A stretch of DNA of 32,000 nucleotides from Nitrosopumilus maritimus SCM1 (GCF_000018465.1 NC_010085.1:1530001-1562000); one strand, 5' to 3'; positions 1 through 8,787 are shown, counted from the first letter of the stretch. Program-made: numbers and translations. Notes: generated by a model not told the origin, from the letters alone.

Positions 1-44
1 AAAACATTCTTACCAATTATAACCATAAGATGGTGTTGTAAACT

Positions 45-1619
45 GTGAATAAATCAAAATATCTAATCATTATTGCCAGTACAATAGTGCTAGCAGCAGT
101 CGGATTATACGCCTATGATGAATTAATAGAAGACAAGGAATCCAAAATACAAGAGACTCGATCAGAAATAACAATACAAACAGAACCTGAATCAATTGAG
201 ATTGTAGAGCTTACAGGAACACCACTGGATAACTATTCTCCTGAAGAACGAGATCAGCATTGTGGTAAATCAGATTTTAAATCAACTCGATATATTGAAG
301 AGTTTGAGATCCCTACACCTTGTACTCAACCTCTTTCAATAATTACAGACTCTGAAGATAATGTATGGTTTGTTCAATCAAATACCGGAAATGTGGCAAT
401 GTTTGATCCAATAACAAAAGAATTTGTAGAATACCAAAATGATCAATGGAATTTGAAAACGGCATCAATGATGTGGGGAATAACAATAACTGAAGATAAT
501 GAGATATGGTTTACAGATGAAACAAATGATTACATTTGGAGGTTTTCAATTGATGACAAGACATATTCAAAAATAGACTTTCCTAGTGAAATAGAAAACG
601 CTTTTCCACAAAAATTAGAATATCATAATGGATATTTCCTGATAAATGATTTTACAGGAAATCGAATTGTAATTTTAAATCATGAAAATTTGGATAATGG
701 AGAAACAGAGTATGCAGTAATTGCAACACCCTCAGGATTCTTTACTAGTCAGACATCCGTTGATGACGATGAAAACATTTGGTTTGTGATCTGGAAATAC
801 CAAAAAGAAGCAATTTTGATTAAAACAAATTTTGAAACACGCGAAACTGAAAATTTCATTCTTCCATCTAGCATTAGTGCACCAAATGGAGTTTCAGTTG
901 GGCCTGCAGGAAATGTGTGGATTGCAGATACTGCAAGTAGTTCATTTTACAGATTCAGCCCAAATGATAACAAAGTAATTGAATTTGTTACATCTGATGC
1001 ACCAATATGGACATTTGGAAATTCGTCAGGATTGATTAAAACACCAATTACTAGACCGTATTGGAATTCATTTGATTCAAATGGAAACATGTGGTTTAAC
1101 CAACAAACAGCAAATAGATTAGCGGTGTTTGACCCTGTTTCAGAGTCATTATTAGAGTACGATATTCCGTCTAAAAATCCGGGATGGGCAGATTGTGGAG
1201 AACTGGTAGACTGTGGGACAGCACAAAGTTTTGATTTTACAGTTCAAAACGGGCAGGTTTGGTTTACAGAATGGGTTGAAAACAATATCGGGGTTTTAGA
1301 TACCTCAGTAGACATTCCTGTAACATTAGATGTAGAACAAAATGAGATTGAGATTAAACAGGGTGAGCAGAAGAAAATCTTTCTTACAATAAAGCCACAA
1401 GAAAAACAAAAAGTGGAATTATTTTTATCTACATCTACCAATTCGGAATTGATTGGAACAGAAACAAATACAGAACCCATATCAATTTCAGAACAAAGTC
1501 AAATTCCAGTCACAATACTTGTTGATGAAAATGCACATCAAGGAGATTATAAAATTCTATTAAGTGCACATCTTTTAGATGTAGTTGTATCAGAATATGT
1601 TACAGTCAAAGTAATTTAG
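45..1619 (+). CDS. Membrane-anchored/secreted beta-propeller repeat protein (Vgb/streptogramin-lyase-like or NHL-like blades) with C-terminal Ig-like region
   Basis: 524-aa ORF with GTG start and hydrophobic N-terminus (YLIIIASTIVLAAVGLYAY). A blade motif recurs six times: DNVWFVQSNTGNVAMFDP, NEIWFTDETNDYIWRFS, ENIWFVIW, GNVWIADTASSSFYRFSP, GNMWFNQQTANRLAVFDP, GQVWFTEWVENNIGVLD. The family name is from pattern only. Confidence 0.7.
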   Translation: MNKSKYLIIIASTIVLAAVGLYAYDELIEDKESKIQETRSEITIQTEPESIEIVELTGTPLDNYSPEERDQHCGKSDFKSTRYIEEFEIPTPCTQPLSIITDSEDNVWFVQSNTGNVAMFDPITKEFVEYQNDQWNLKTASMMWGITITEDNEIWFTDETNDYIWRFSIDDKTYSKIDFPSEIENAFPQKLEYHNGYFLINDFTGNRIVILNHENLDNGETEYAVIATPSGFFTSQTSVDDDENIWFVIWKYQKEAILIKTNFETRETENFILPSSISAPNGVSVGPAGNVWIADTASSSFYRFSPNDNKVIEFVTSDAPIWTFGNSSGLIKTPITRPYWNSFDSNGNMWFNQQTANRLAVFDPVSESLLEYDIPSKNPGWADCGELVDCGTAQSFDFTVQNGQVWFTEWVENNIGVLDTSVDIPVTLDVEQNEIEIKQGEQKKIFLTIKPQEKQKVELFLSTSTNSELIGTETNTEPISISEQSQIPVTILVDENAHQGDYKILLSAHLLDVVVSEYVTVKVI

Positions 1620-1737
1620 AGTTACAAATTTTGAACACAGGATATTGAGAGTAGTGTCAACACAAAAGTAGATTCCGAATAAATAAAATTTTTATTTAGA
1701 TTATAGCAAATTAGGTATGAGAATGATCTAACTAAAA

Positions 1738-2256
1738 ATGGAAAAACAAAAAATAATTGGTATTATTTCAATTGTAGTAATAGTTGTAGTGATTGGCTAT
1801 TCTTTGTTAAATGTATATGCATTAGAACAATTAGAATTTAGTGGAGTAGATAATATTTTTAGATTTTTTGAAATGAGTACAGTAAATGGAAAAATAAATA
1901 TCTGCAATAATACTTTTCTTCCAGCAAATTTTAATCAATTTAACATTTTGATATATTTCGAAAGGGAGTTATTAGGAACTTTTACAGTAGATTCTACCAA
2001 CATCATGCCTGATTCGGTTTTTGAGGCAAATGGAAAGTATATGTCATCTTCAATGGCTCAATCTCAATCACTTTTCATGCATTTTGATCATCTATTTAGT
2101 AACAGTGACAATACTATCAGAATTGATCCTAGGAAAATGGATGTAGTGATGCAATTTCAAACAACAATAATAGGAATACCATATTTGGTTACAGAGCAAC
2201 ATACTGCATTTGATTTTTGGAATATGTTAAATGATGAAAATAATTTATCGTGTTAA
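1738..2256 (+). CDS. N-terminally anchored hypothetical protein (weak LEA_2/Hin1-like beta-sandwich pattern)
   Basis: 172-aa ORF with ATG start and TM helix IIGIISIVVIVVVIGYSLL. The following INICNNTFLPANFNQFNILIYFERELLGTF resembles the core of LEA_2 domains. An A/T-rich TATA-like stretch lies upstream. Confidence 0.6.
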   Translation: MEKQKIIGIISIVVIVVVIGYSLLNVYALEQLEFSGVDNIFRFFEMSTVNGKINICNNTFLPANFNQFNILIYFERELLGTFTVDSTNIMPDSVFEANGKYMSSSMAQSQSLFMHFDHLFSNSDNTIRIDPRKMDVVMQFQTTIIGIPYLVTEQHTAFDFWNMLNDENNLSC

Positions 2257-2269
2257 TGTTTTAGAAAAA

Positions 2270-3424
2270 TTAGTCAGGTCTTTTCTCTAACAAGATATCT
2301 TTGAAAATTATCTTATCATCACGTAAAATTTTCAAAGTAGTAGTATCGCCTACAGATTTTTCCTTTTGTAAATGAGTTATAAGATCATCAACCTTTCTTA
2401 CCTCAACATCATCAATTGCCAGAATTACATCACCTCCTAAAGTGTATTGTATTCCATTTTTTTCTATAATTTCAGATGATCCCATTAAATCAGATTTATC
2501 TGCAGGACCATCTTTTACTACATTCATTATCATAATACCTGTTGCGTCTTCTAGTTCTAAAATATCAGCAATATCAGGAGTGATGTTTATGCTAGTAATA
2601 CCAACCCAAGGATGGTTGTATGAACCGTCTTTAATCAAAAAAGGGATGATTTTGTTTACAGTATTTGATGGGATCGCAAAGCCTACACCAGAAAAGCCAC
2701 CATCACGAGAATATATTGCAGTAGTTACTCCCACCACATCTCCTTTCATGTTTAGTAATGGGCCTCCTGAATTTCCTGGATTAATAGCTGCATCAGTTTG
2801 AATCACATCAGGAATAGTAAAACCAGAATTTTGCGATGGAATCAATCTACCAATTTGACTTACAATTCCAGCAGTCATAGAACCAGATAATCCATAAGGA
2901 TTGCCAATTGCTGTGACCCTTTCTCCTACTTTAATCGAATCAGAATTACCTAGAATCAAAGGATCAAGAATAGATTCATCAACATTTATTTTAATTACTG
3001 CCAAATCAGAATATGCATCAGTACCAACAACTTTGGCGTTATATGATCTTCCATCAATAAATGTCACAATTATTTTCTTTGCATTTTCTACAACATGGCT
3101 ATTAGTAATGATATTTCCTGTGTCATCATATACAAAACCTGATCCGACTCCACCAGAATTTATTATTGATGATTTTGTTACTGCAATGCTTACAATTCCA
3201 GATTCAGATTGTTCAAAAATTTGAGTAAGAGACAAATTATCAGGGGAATTCTTGATAGATTTGTCTCTTACTTCGGAATCTAGGATCTCAGAGGATGTGG
3301 TTTCAGCAGTTACATTCACGATTCCAGGAACGAATGAAGCAGAAAAGATCGTCGCAACAAGCACAACTGCCGAAACTATAGATAATCCTCCAAGTGAAAT
3401 CTTTGATTCATACATTTTTACCAA
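2270..3424 (-). CDS. htrA: HtrA/DegP-family serine protease with C-terminal PDZ domain
   Basis: 384-aa ORF with N-terminal TM (LGGLSIVSAVVLVATIF). Trypsin-fold triad contexts are present: TNSHVV (His), YSDLAVIK (Asp), GNSGGPLLN (Ser). The C-terminal segment is PDZ-like (GGDVILAIDDVEV). The longest ORF starts at TTG 3424; the first ATG is at 3415. Confidence 0.88.
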   Translation of the reverse strand: MVKMYESKISLGGLSIVSAVVLVATIFSASFVPGIVNVTAETTSSEILDSEVRDKSIKNSPDNLSLTQIFEQSESGIVSIAVTKSSIINSGGVGSGFVYDDTGNIITNSHVVENAKKIIVTFIDGRSYNAKVVGTDAYSDLAVIKINVDESILDPLILGNSDSIKVGERVTAIGNPYGLSGSMTAGIVSQIGRLIPSQNSGFTIPDVIQTDAAINPGNSGGPLLNMKGDVVGVTTAIYSRDGGFSGVGFAIPSNTVNKIIPFLIKDGSYNHPWVGITSINITPDIADILELEDATGIMIMNVVKDGPADKSDLMGSSEIIEKNGIQYTLGGDVILAIDDVEVRKVDDLITHLQKEKSVGDTTTLKILRDDKIIFKDILLEKRPD

Positions 3425-3506
3425 TCCAAATTGAATTTATTTTTTCTAGTAGATAGAAAAAACATAAGGGAGTTTATTTTGTTGTTGTTATTACGTTTAC
3501 GAAAAT

Positions 3507-3542
3507 TAGTACAACAAACAAACAATTTTTCAAATAATTAGA
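3507..3542 (+). promoter_or_regulatory. Bipartite upstream element TAGTACAAC-N20-AATTAGA, 24 nt before ATG 3567
   Basis: Read directly: ttAGTACAAC aaacaaacaatttttcaaat AATTAGA ttagcataaattcgtgatagaaat ATG. Confidence 0.55.
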
Positions 3543-3566
3543 TTAGCATAAATTCGTGATAGAAAT

Positions 3567-4310
3567 ATGCTAAGCATGAGACAAAAATTAACTGCAAAAG
3601 TGAATAGTGAAACGATACAAAAAATTCTAGAATCAACAGATCAATTCAAAACAGTGTCAGAGATAAGTACAGAATGTAAAATTCCAAAAAGTACAACATA
3701 TCGTAAAATTAAATATCTTCAAGAAATAGGAATGCTAGAAGTAACAGGGTTTATTACAGATGGAGGACGAATTAACAAATACAAGTGTGGAAAATTGTTA
3801 AGATATGGAAAGTACAACCCCAAAGTAAAAAAAATTCTTAGTATTATTACATCAAATCCAGGTATATGCTATAATGAATTACAAGAAAGTTCAGGAATAC
3901 CAAATGGCACTCTGAGTCATTATGTATCTAGTATGGTAAAAGACTCAAAAATCATTGTTAAACGTACATCACGTCGTTCATGGTTTTTTCTTCCTAATGC
4001 AAAACCATCAGAAATTAACCTAATAATTAATCTACGTAAAGAGACAGGTAAGAACATTCTATCATTTCTATTATTGAATGGTTCTTCAACATTTTCAGAC
4101 ATACAAAAATCTACAATTAAAGCACCTGCTACAATTTCACTTACCATTACTCACTTAGTAGAACTTGGATTAGTTAGACGCATACCAGGAACTCGTCCAA
4201 AATACGAATTAACAGATAGAGAACTTACCTTTGAATGTATTAAAAAACTTGAGCCAGATACTTCAGATAGACTCAAAGAAAGATTTGCAGACACATTTTC
4301 ATATTTGTAA
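3567..4310 (+). CDS. Transcriptional regulator built from three tandem winged-helix (ArsR/TrmB-like) modules
   Basis: 247-aa ORF with ATG start. It contains three HTH-plus-wing segments: FKTVSEISTECKIPKSTTYRKIKYLQEIGMLEV, ICYNELQESSGIPNGTLSHYVSSMVKDSKIIVKR and STFSDIQKSTIKAPATISLTITHLVELGLVRR. Confidence 0.75.
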   Translation: MLSMRQKLTAKVNSETIQKILESTDQFKTVSEISTECKIPKSTTYRKIKYLQEIGMLEVTGFITDGGRINKYKCGKLLRYGKYNPKVKKILSIITSNPGICYNELQESSGIPNGTLSHYVSSMVKDSKIIVKRTSRRSWFFLPNAKPSEINLIINLRKETGKNILSFLLLNGSSTFSDIQKSTIKAPATISLTITHLVELGLVRRIPGTRPKYELTDRELTFECIKKLEPDTSDRLKERFADTFSYL

Positions 4311-4531
4311 TTGCTCTTGTTTGATTAATAGTATCATAACAATTCAAACACATCATTGAAATTCTGAAGAGTTTTGTTTACGGGTTTAGAGTTGTATTTT
4401 TGCAACGCATATCTTACATATTGAACGGTTTGTAAAATAAAGATATTTTTTTCATGAAATGTAATAGAAATTATTTTTGTAAAAACAGTAAAGGACAAAA
4501 GACGTTTAGATGAAGAAATTGTTTAGTTTTA

Positions 4532-4915
4532 CTAGTCTGATCTAAATATTCCAATTACAAAAAATGAAAGCATTGTAAATATCAATCCATGAGTAATCAA
4601 AGTGTCAACATCAGGCGTAGGTGGGGTATGAGATAATATGAACGAAACAATTGAGAATAATTCCACTGTAGTAATTGTGGCAAATGCGCATAATACCAAA
4701 AATAATCTCGTAGTTTTAAATTCAGAATAAGTAATCAATGCAACTATACTAAGGAACAATCCTAAGAGAGCAGAAGATATGTGAATAAATATGTGAACTT
4801 TATTTTCATCAGTAAAATTTTCACTGGTAAGTGGAATAAGAATTACTAATCCTATGAGCACTAAAATTCCAAGAAGTTTAAATTTTGATTTATTATCTAA
4901 TGTTGAAACTTGCAA
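4532..4915 (-). CDS. Small integral membrane protein (about 4 TM), unknown function
   Basis: 127-aa ORF with four hydrophobic segments. TTG start at 4915, with no in-frame ATG that keeps the first TM. It has its own upstream motif (see 4945..4981). Confidence 0.6.
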   Translation of the reverse strand: MQVSTLDNKSKFKLLGILVLIGLVILIPLTSENFTDENKVHIFIHISSALLGLFLSIVALITYSEFKTTRLFLVLCAFATITTVELFSIVSFILSHTPPTPDVDTLITHGLIFTMLSFFVIGIFRSD

Positions 4916-4944
4916 TAAAATTTAGACACCATACAATTAATTAA

Positions 4945-4981
4945 ACTAATTGAAGTTGTTAATTGTTTTATGGTTCTACTA
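4945..4981 (-). promoter_or_regulatory. Degenerate element TAGTAGAAC-N21-AATTAGT, 29 nt before TTG 4915
   Basis: Reverse complement reads aTAGTAGAAC cataaaacaattaacaacttc AATTAGT ttaattaattgtatggtgtctaaatttta TTG. There is one mismatch in each half. Confidence 0.35.
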
Positions 4982-4988
4982 TTTTTTG

Positions 4989-6710
4989 TCAAGTCTTAAT
5001 TTGAAAATTTGTAACATATTTTGTTTTAGATAGTACAACAATAGAAATTAAAATAATTGCAAGAATAATTGAAACACCTAATGGAAATTCAGGTGCAACG
5101 TTAACTGCAATCTCAACATATTCATCAGTACCACCAATATTTTCAATTCTGATTGTGACATCACCAGCCTCTTTTTCAACAAACACAAAGTTCTCAAAAG
5201 TTCCTCCACCAGTTGCAAGTCCAGATTTACGGTGAATTTCAGTACCATTCTTGATTAATACAAAATCATAGGCAATATCACCTGTTGTTAAGCCAGTATC
5301 TTTTTGATAAAAACTCATTATGAATTCAGATTCACCAAGACTCAAAATATTTGGAAACCATGTAAGATCAACCAAGTATTTACCATTAGTTGGATTCGAT
5401 GCAGAAACACTTTCAAGCACAATTGGAAATTTGGCATTTTCAGGCTCATTTATCGCTACTAAAAAGTTGACATTTGCCAATGAAAATCCTTCAATTTCAG
5501 ATATTCTGAATTTTATTGTTCCAACATTTTCAGGAGAAAAATTGTATTGAAAACTGTCTGTCTTGCCAGTATTTACGCTGCCAGAAACACGTTTGTTGAA
5601 TATAGTATTTTCATTTTGAATTAGTTCTATCCCATATTCTATATTTTTATTAGTTTTATCAGTGAAAATTTCATCTGTTTTTACAAAAAATGTAACATCT
5701 TCTCCGGGAGTAATTACTTCAGGTTCCCAAGACAGAAAAACTCTATATCGATAATCAGGTGTAACTGCTTCTAATGGAAATCCATCACCTTGACCAGGCC
5801 CTAACTCAAAATACATTTGTGAATCTGATTTTTGTATTGCATGTTCTTTGATTTGATTTAGATCTTCTCTGTTTAATACCATGTGTACTGTTCTTCCATC
5901 AAGAGAGTAATCATCAATTGTAACAACTTCAGCAGGTAATAAAATATCATTTACCTTTGCTTCATATTTTGTGTGAAGTAACTCTGAAAATTCTGGAGCA
6001 ATACGTACTTCTTGATGCACTACGCTTAGTTGCTCAAAGTCTTGATTCCAATCAAAGGGCATAGAAAATGATATCATATTTGAATCAAACTTAAAATTAT
6101 TGACCGAATCAAAATATGAAATTACATTTACGTTATGAGTATTTTCTTTTGAATCGGTTACTTGGAAAGTATTATGTTCAGCAAGACTAATTGCACCAAC
6201 TAACTCCATTCGTTTGTCAAGGAAATTAAAATCAGAGTCGACAGTAAGAATTTCTACTTTATATTCATAAAGACCTCCAGAATCAAAGATAGGTCCAGTC
6301 ATTATCACAGGTTCTGTTGCAGTTCTCATCCATGACTCAATTGCAGGGGATTTATCACCTATAACCTTGATTTCATTTGAATTATCATAGATTGTTTTAA
6401 TTGTTAAATTTCCCAAATCGTCATGAAACAGTTTTCTAAAAATTTGCTTACCGTCTTTTATCATCTCAAATGCATAAGTTACATGTTCTACAGCAGCTTC
6501 ACTTTTTGCATTTTTGAGGTTGATTGTAATGTATCGTTCAGGATCTTCTACATCAAAAACTGAGGGGCTAATATCAATAGATAATATCACATCACGTCCA
6601 TCTAGAGTAACGGGAGGATGAGTTTCTCCACCTAATCCATGTCCAAATGCAGTAGGAACAAAGCTAGAGGCAACAATTCCCATCATAAAAATCAACAAAA
6701 ATTTTTTCAT
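4989..6710 (-). CDS. Secreted surface protein with PEF(G)-CTERM-type sorting signal and two copies of a ~95-aa beta-sandwich-like domain
   Basis: 573-aa ORF with ATG start abutting the upstream stop (6711). The signal peptide ends ..PTAFG|HGLG. The C-terminus is NVAPEF + TM (PLGVSIILAIILISIVVL) + basic tail (SKTKY). Paralog of 13991..15379. Confidence 0.85.
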   Translation of the reverse strand: MKKFLLIFMMGIVASSFVPTAFGHGLGGETHPPVTLDGRDVILSIDISPSVFDVEDPERYITINLKNAKSEAAVEHVTYAFEMIKDGKQIFRKLFHDDLGNLTIKTIYDNSNEIKVIGDKSPAIESWMRTATEPVIMTGPIFDSGGLYEYKVEILTVDSDFNFLDKRMELVGAISLAEHNTFQVTDSKENTHNVNVISYFDSVNNFKFDSNMISFSMPFDWNQDFEQLSVVHQEVRIAPEFSELLHTKYEAKVNDILLPAEVVTIDDYSLDGRTVHMVLNREDLNQIKEHAIQKSDSQMYFELGPGQGDGFPLEAVTPDYRYRVFLSWEPEVITPGEDVTFFVKTDEIFTDKTNKNIEYGIELIQNENTIFNKRVSGSVNTGKTDSFQYNFSPENVGTIKFRISEIEGFSLANVNFLVAINEPENAKFPIVLESVSASNPTNGKYLVDLTWFPNILSLGESEFIMSFYQKDTGLTTGDIAYDFVLIKNGTEIHRKSGLATGGGTFENFVFVEKEAGDVTIRIENIGGTDEYVEIAVNVAPEFPLGVSIILAIILISIVVLSKTKYVTNFQIKT

Positions 6711-7364
6711 TTAAATTACCTCAAATGAGTTCAAAATTGAATTAAAGTCTGATTTTTCTAGTTCAGTTAGATTTTCAGGAGATTTGCCAGAGTATTGAAT
6801 CATGTAGAGTTTGTTGTCTTTTAGAAATAATAACTGTTCAGAAAAACTATCATCAGTATTTTTCTCACTATCAAAAGAAACTATTGCCCAATCATTTGAT
6901 TTTGATATGCGTTTAATTGGAATTTTAATCTCTTCTGAGTTCATCATATCAATTTGTTTAGATATGTAATTCTCCAGTTGAAAGTTTTTTGACTGTACAT
7001 CAAAAACAGAAACTAAAAAGCGTCTATCAGAGTCTTTATCTAGATAAATTCCATCAACATATCCTTTTGATTTTAAGTAAGCAAGTTCTTCTGTACGTAT
7101 AGTTTCTGAAGCTACTCGAATATCCCATTTATCATTTGGTTTTGATAATTGAAATGATAACTCACTATTATGATACATGTTATTTTCAAGAAATGATGGT
7201 TGTTTGGGATCAAATATGGTAATTTCTCCAAAACTAGACATTATTGTAATGCCAGAATCATCATAAGAAAATTGTGTAAAAAGCACCATCAATCCTGCAG
7301 TCGATACAATGACTGCAATGATTAAAGATAGTCTAACAAGTTTTACTTCTTTGGAAATATTCAA
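6711..7364 (-). CDS. N-terminally anchored extracytoplasmic protein, unknown function (weak PsbP/Mog1/DUF1795-like pattern)
   Basis: 217-aa ORF with TTG start 2 nt after the cupredoxin stop. TM helix is LSLIIAVIVSTAGLMVLF. The patterns ELSFQLSKPNDKW ... FNSILNSFEV are only weakly suggestive of a PsbP-like fold. Confidence 0.65.
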   Translation of the reverse strand: MNISKEVKLVRLSLIIAVIVSTAGLMVLFTQFSYDDSGITIMSSFGEITIFDPKQPSFLENNMYHNSELSFQLSKPNDKWDIRVASETIRTEELAYLKSKGYVDGIYLDKDSDRRFLVSVFDVQSKNFQLENYISKQIDMMNSEEIKIPIKRISKSNDWAIVSFDSEKNTDDSFSEQLLFLKDNKLYMIQYSGKSPENLTELEKSDFNSILNSFEVI

Positions 7365-7366
7365 TT

Positions 7367-8377
7367 TTACACAGGACTCGCTTTTCTTTCAGGATAATTA
7401 TAAGTAGGTTTTTTTCCTTTCATATATAGCACTATAACTGCCAACATAATTGCAGGAACTATAATCATTGCTACGGCAATCTCATAATAAAATTGCAAAG
7501 TATCTCGAGGTTGTACAATTTTTTCAGTAGTAGTTTTCTTTTCATAATTTTCATAAACCATAGCTGTAAAATCTCCTAATCTAGCAGTGGCATCAGGTCC
7601 AAGATTGATTTGTGTTTCTGCTACAGAACCATAAGGTTTGATATTTGATATTTTAACAATGATAGGGCCTGGTTCTTCAAATATCCATTGTCGGTAATCC
7701 CCACCCGCACCTGATACTGCGCCTTCATCTTTGTATAACACTTGATTATTTTGTAAAATAGCTATATCATATTCTAACTTTCTTAATGGCTGATCATATA
7801 TTGCATCATAAAAACGATAGATGAAGTTTGTTTTTTCATGGGTTTTAATGACTCGAGGTTCCCATGAAAAATTAATTTCAATTGAACCATCAGGAGTTAT
7901 AAGAAATGTAGGGAACTGTTCATACTTTTTTCCTGTAGCATCATGGGGATAATCAGGAATAAATGGTTTCACAAAAATAATTCCTTCCATCCAGGGATGA
8001 ATTACACAAAAGTAATTGTAATCTCCAGCTTTTTCAAATGTATATGACCAAGACTCGTCTGGCATAAATCTTAAACTATCAAACAGTCCATCAGGCTCAC
8101 CAAGATTCTTGGCATCCATCCAATCAAATCTTCCTGCACCACTGCCACTGGTAACTGTATGCCCTTCTCTATCATCATTTACCCATGTTACAGTATCCCC
8201 TTCAACAATAGATAATTCAGGTGGATCATACCAAACTTTAGCAGGGGTATTTAGTTCAGGATTAAATGCACCAAAAGGAATACTTACAACAAAATCCTCA
8301 GCAAAGGAATTTTGTATGTTTCCTGTAAATAGAAAACTTGTTGCAACAACAAACAAAATGAAAAATTTTTTTTGCAT
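7367..8377 (-). CDS. Membrane-anchored type-1 (blue) copper protein: amicyanin-like cupredoxin domain plus a ~95-aa domain
   Basis: 336-aa ORF with ATG start and signal peptide (FILFVVATSFLFTGNIQNSFA). Cu ligand pattern is EGHTVTSG ... YFCVIHPWMEG (His...Cys-x2-His-x2-Met). The second domain is FSWEPRVIKTHEKTNFIYRF...GAGGDY...ISNI. C-terminal TM is IAVAMIIVPAIMLAVIVLYM followed by KGKK. Confidence 0.85.
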   Translation of the reverse strand: MQKKFFILFVVATSFLFTGNIQNSFAEDFVVSIPFGAFNPELNTPAKVWYDPPELSIVEGDTVTWVNDDREGHTVTSGSGAGRFDWMDAKNLGEPDGLFDSLRFMPDESWSYTFEKAGDYNYFCVIHPWMEGIIFVKPFIPDYPHDATGKKYEQFPTFLITPDGSIEINFSWEPRVIKTHEKTNFIYRFYDAIYDQPLRKLEYDIAILQNNQVLYKDEGAVSGAGGDYRQWIFEEPGPIIVKISNIKPYGSVAETQINLGPDATARLGDFTAMVYENYEKKTTTEKIVQPRDTLQFYYEIAVAMIIVPAIMLAVIVLYMKGKKPTYNYPERKASPV

Positions 8378-8400
8378 ATGTTCAAAAACATGATTTTGAC

Positions 8401-8436
8401 TCTAATTAATTATCATATTGTTTTATCATTGTACTA
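8401..8436 (-). promoter_or_regulatory. Bipartite upstream element TAGTACAAT-N20-AATTAGA, 23 nt before ATG 8377
   Basis: Reverse complement of 8378..8437 reads cTAGTACAAT gataaaacaatatgataatt AATTAGA gtcaaaatcatgtttttgaacat ATG. Confidence 0.55.
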
Positions 8437-8787
8437 GTGTTTCTCAAATTCTTACACGTGCTTGTCTTACATTGTTTAATGTTTGAGAATTCAAAATATT
8501 CTGTAATGATGTGATTGCAATCGTTTGCACTGCATCAATATTAACCGCTTATGTATTTTGGCATGTTGCGCCTGCAAAAGTTGCTGAAACAGTAAAAATT
8601 ATTGAAATACAGAAGCAGGATGTATTGCAGAAACAAGAGACGGATTTGCAGTAAATATTGGACCATGTGACGCAGAAGAAGGTGATTACATCATGGCAAT
8701 GATAGATACAAAGGTAAAGGAAAGAGAAGCTGCCATGAACACTTAAAATCATAGGATTTTAGGCGTGAGTTTTATTCAAACATACAA

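Noticed and set aside
1244-1480. Antisense track ORFs inside well-supported genes (1244-1480, 2442-3434, 3920-4147, 5320-5550, 8109-8393, 11135-11323, 13961-14252, 14636-15290, 16074-16343, 17183-17365, 18318-18987, 19879-20463, 21878-22105, 23113-23487, 25117-25380, 26986-27237, 30039-30284)
   Set aside because: Each lies within or opposite a longer ORF that has recognisable family motifs or clear membrane/secretion architecture. Their products are low-complexity.
4391-4396. Weak TACAACTCTAAAC similarity to the 11775 element in the convergent spacer 4311-4531
   Set aside because: It lacks the TAG part and any AATTAGA partner, and no downstream gene lies in that orientation.
5031-5039. Exact TAGTACAAC copy inside the 3' end of ORF 4989..6710
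   Set aside because: On the coding strand it is GTT GTA CTA, the V-V-L of the C-terminal TM anchor. This is most likely a coincidence of hydrophobic codons. It is kept in the count for honesty but not called regulatory.
8549-8752. 67-aa Cys/Phe-rich minus-strand ORF
   Set aside because: The composition looks like antisense or junk translation and there is no promoter-like box at a suitable distance. A plus-strand mini-ORF in the same segment is at least as plausible.
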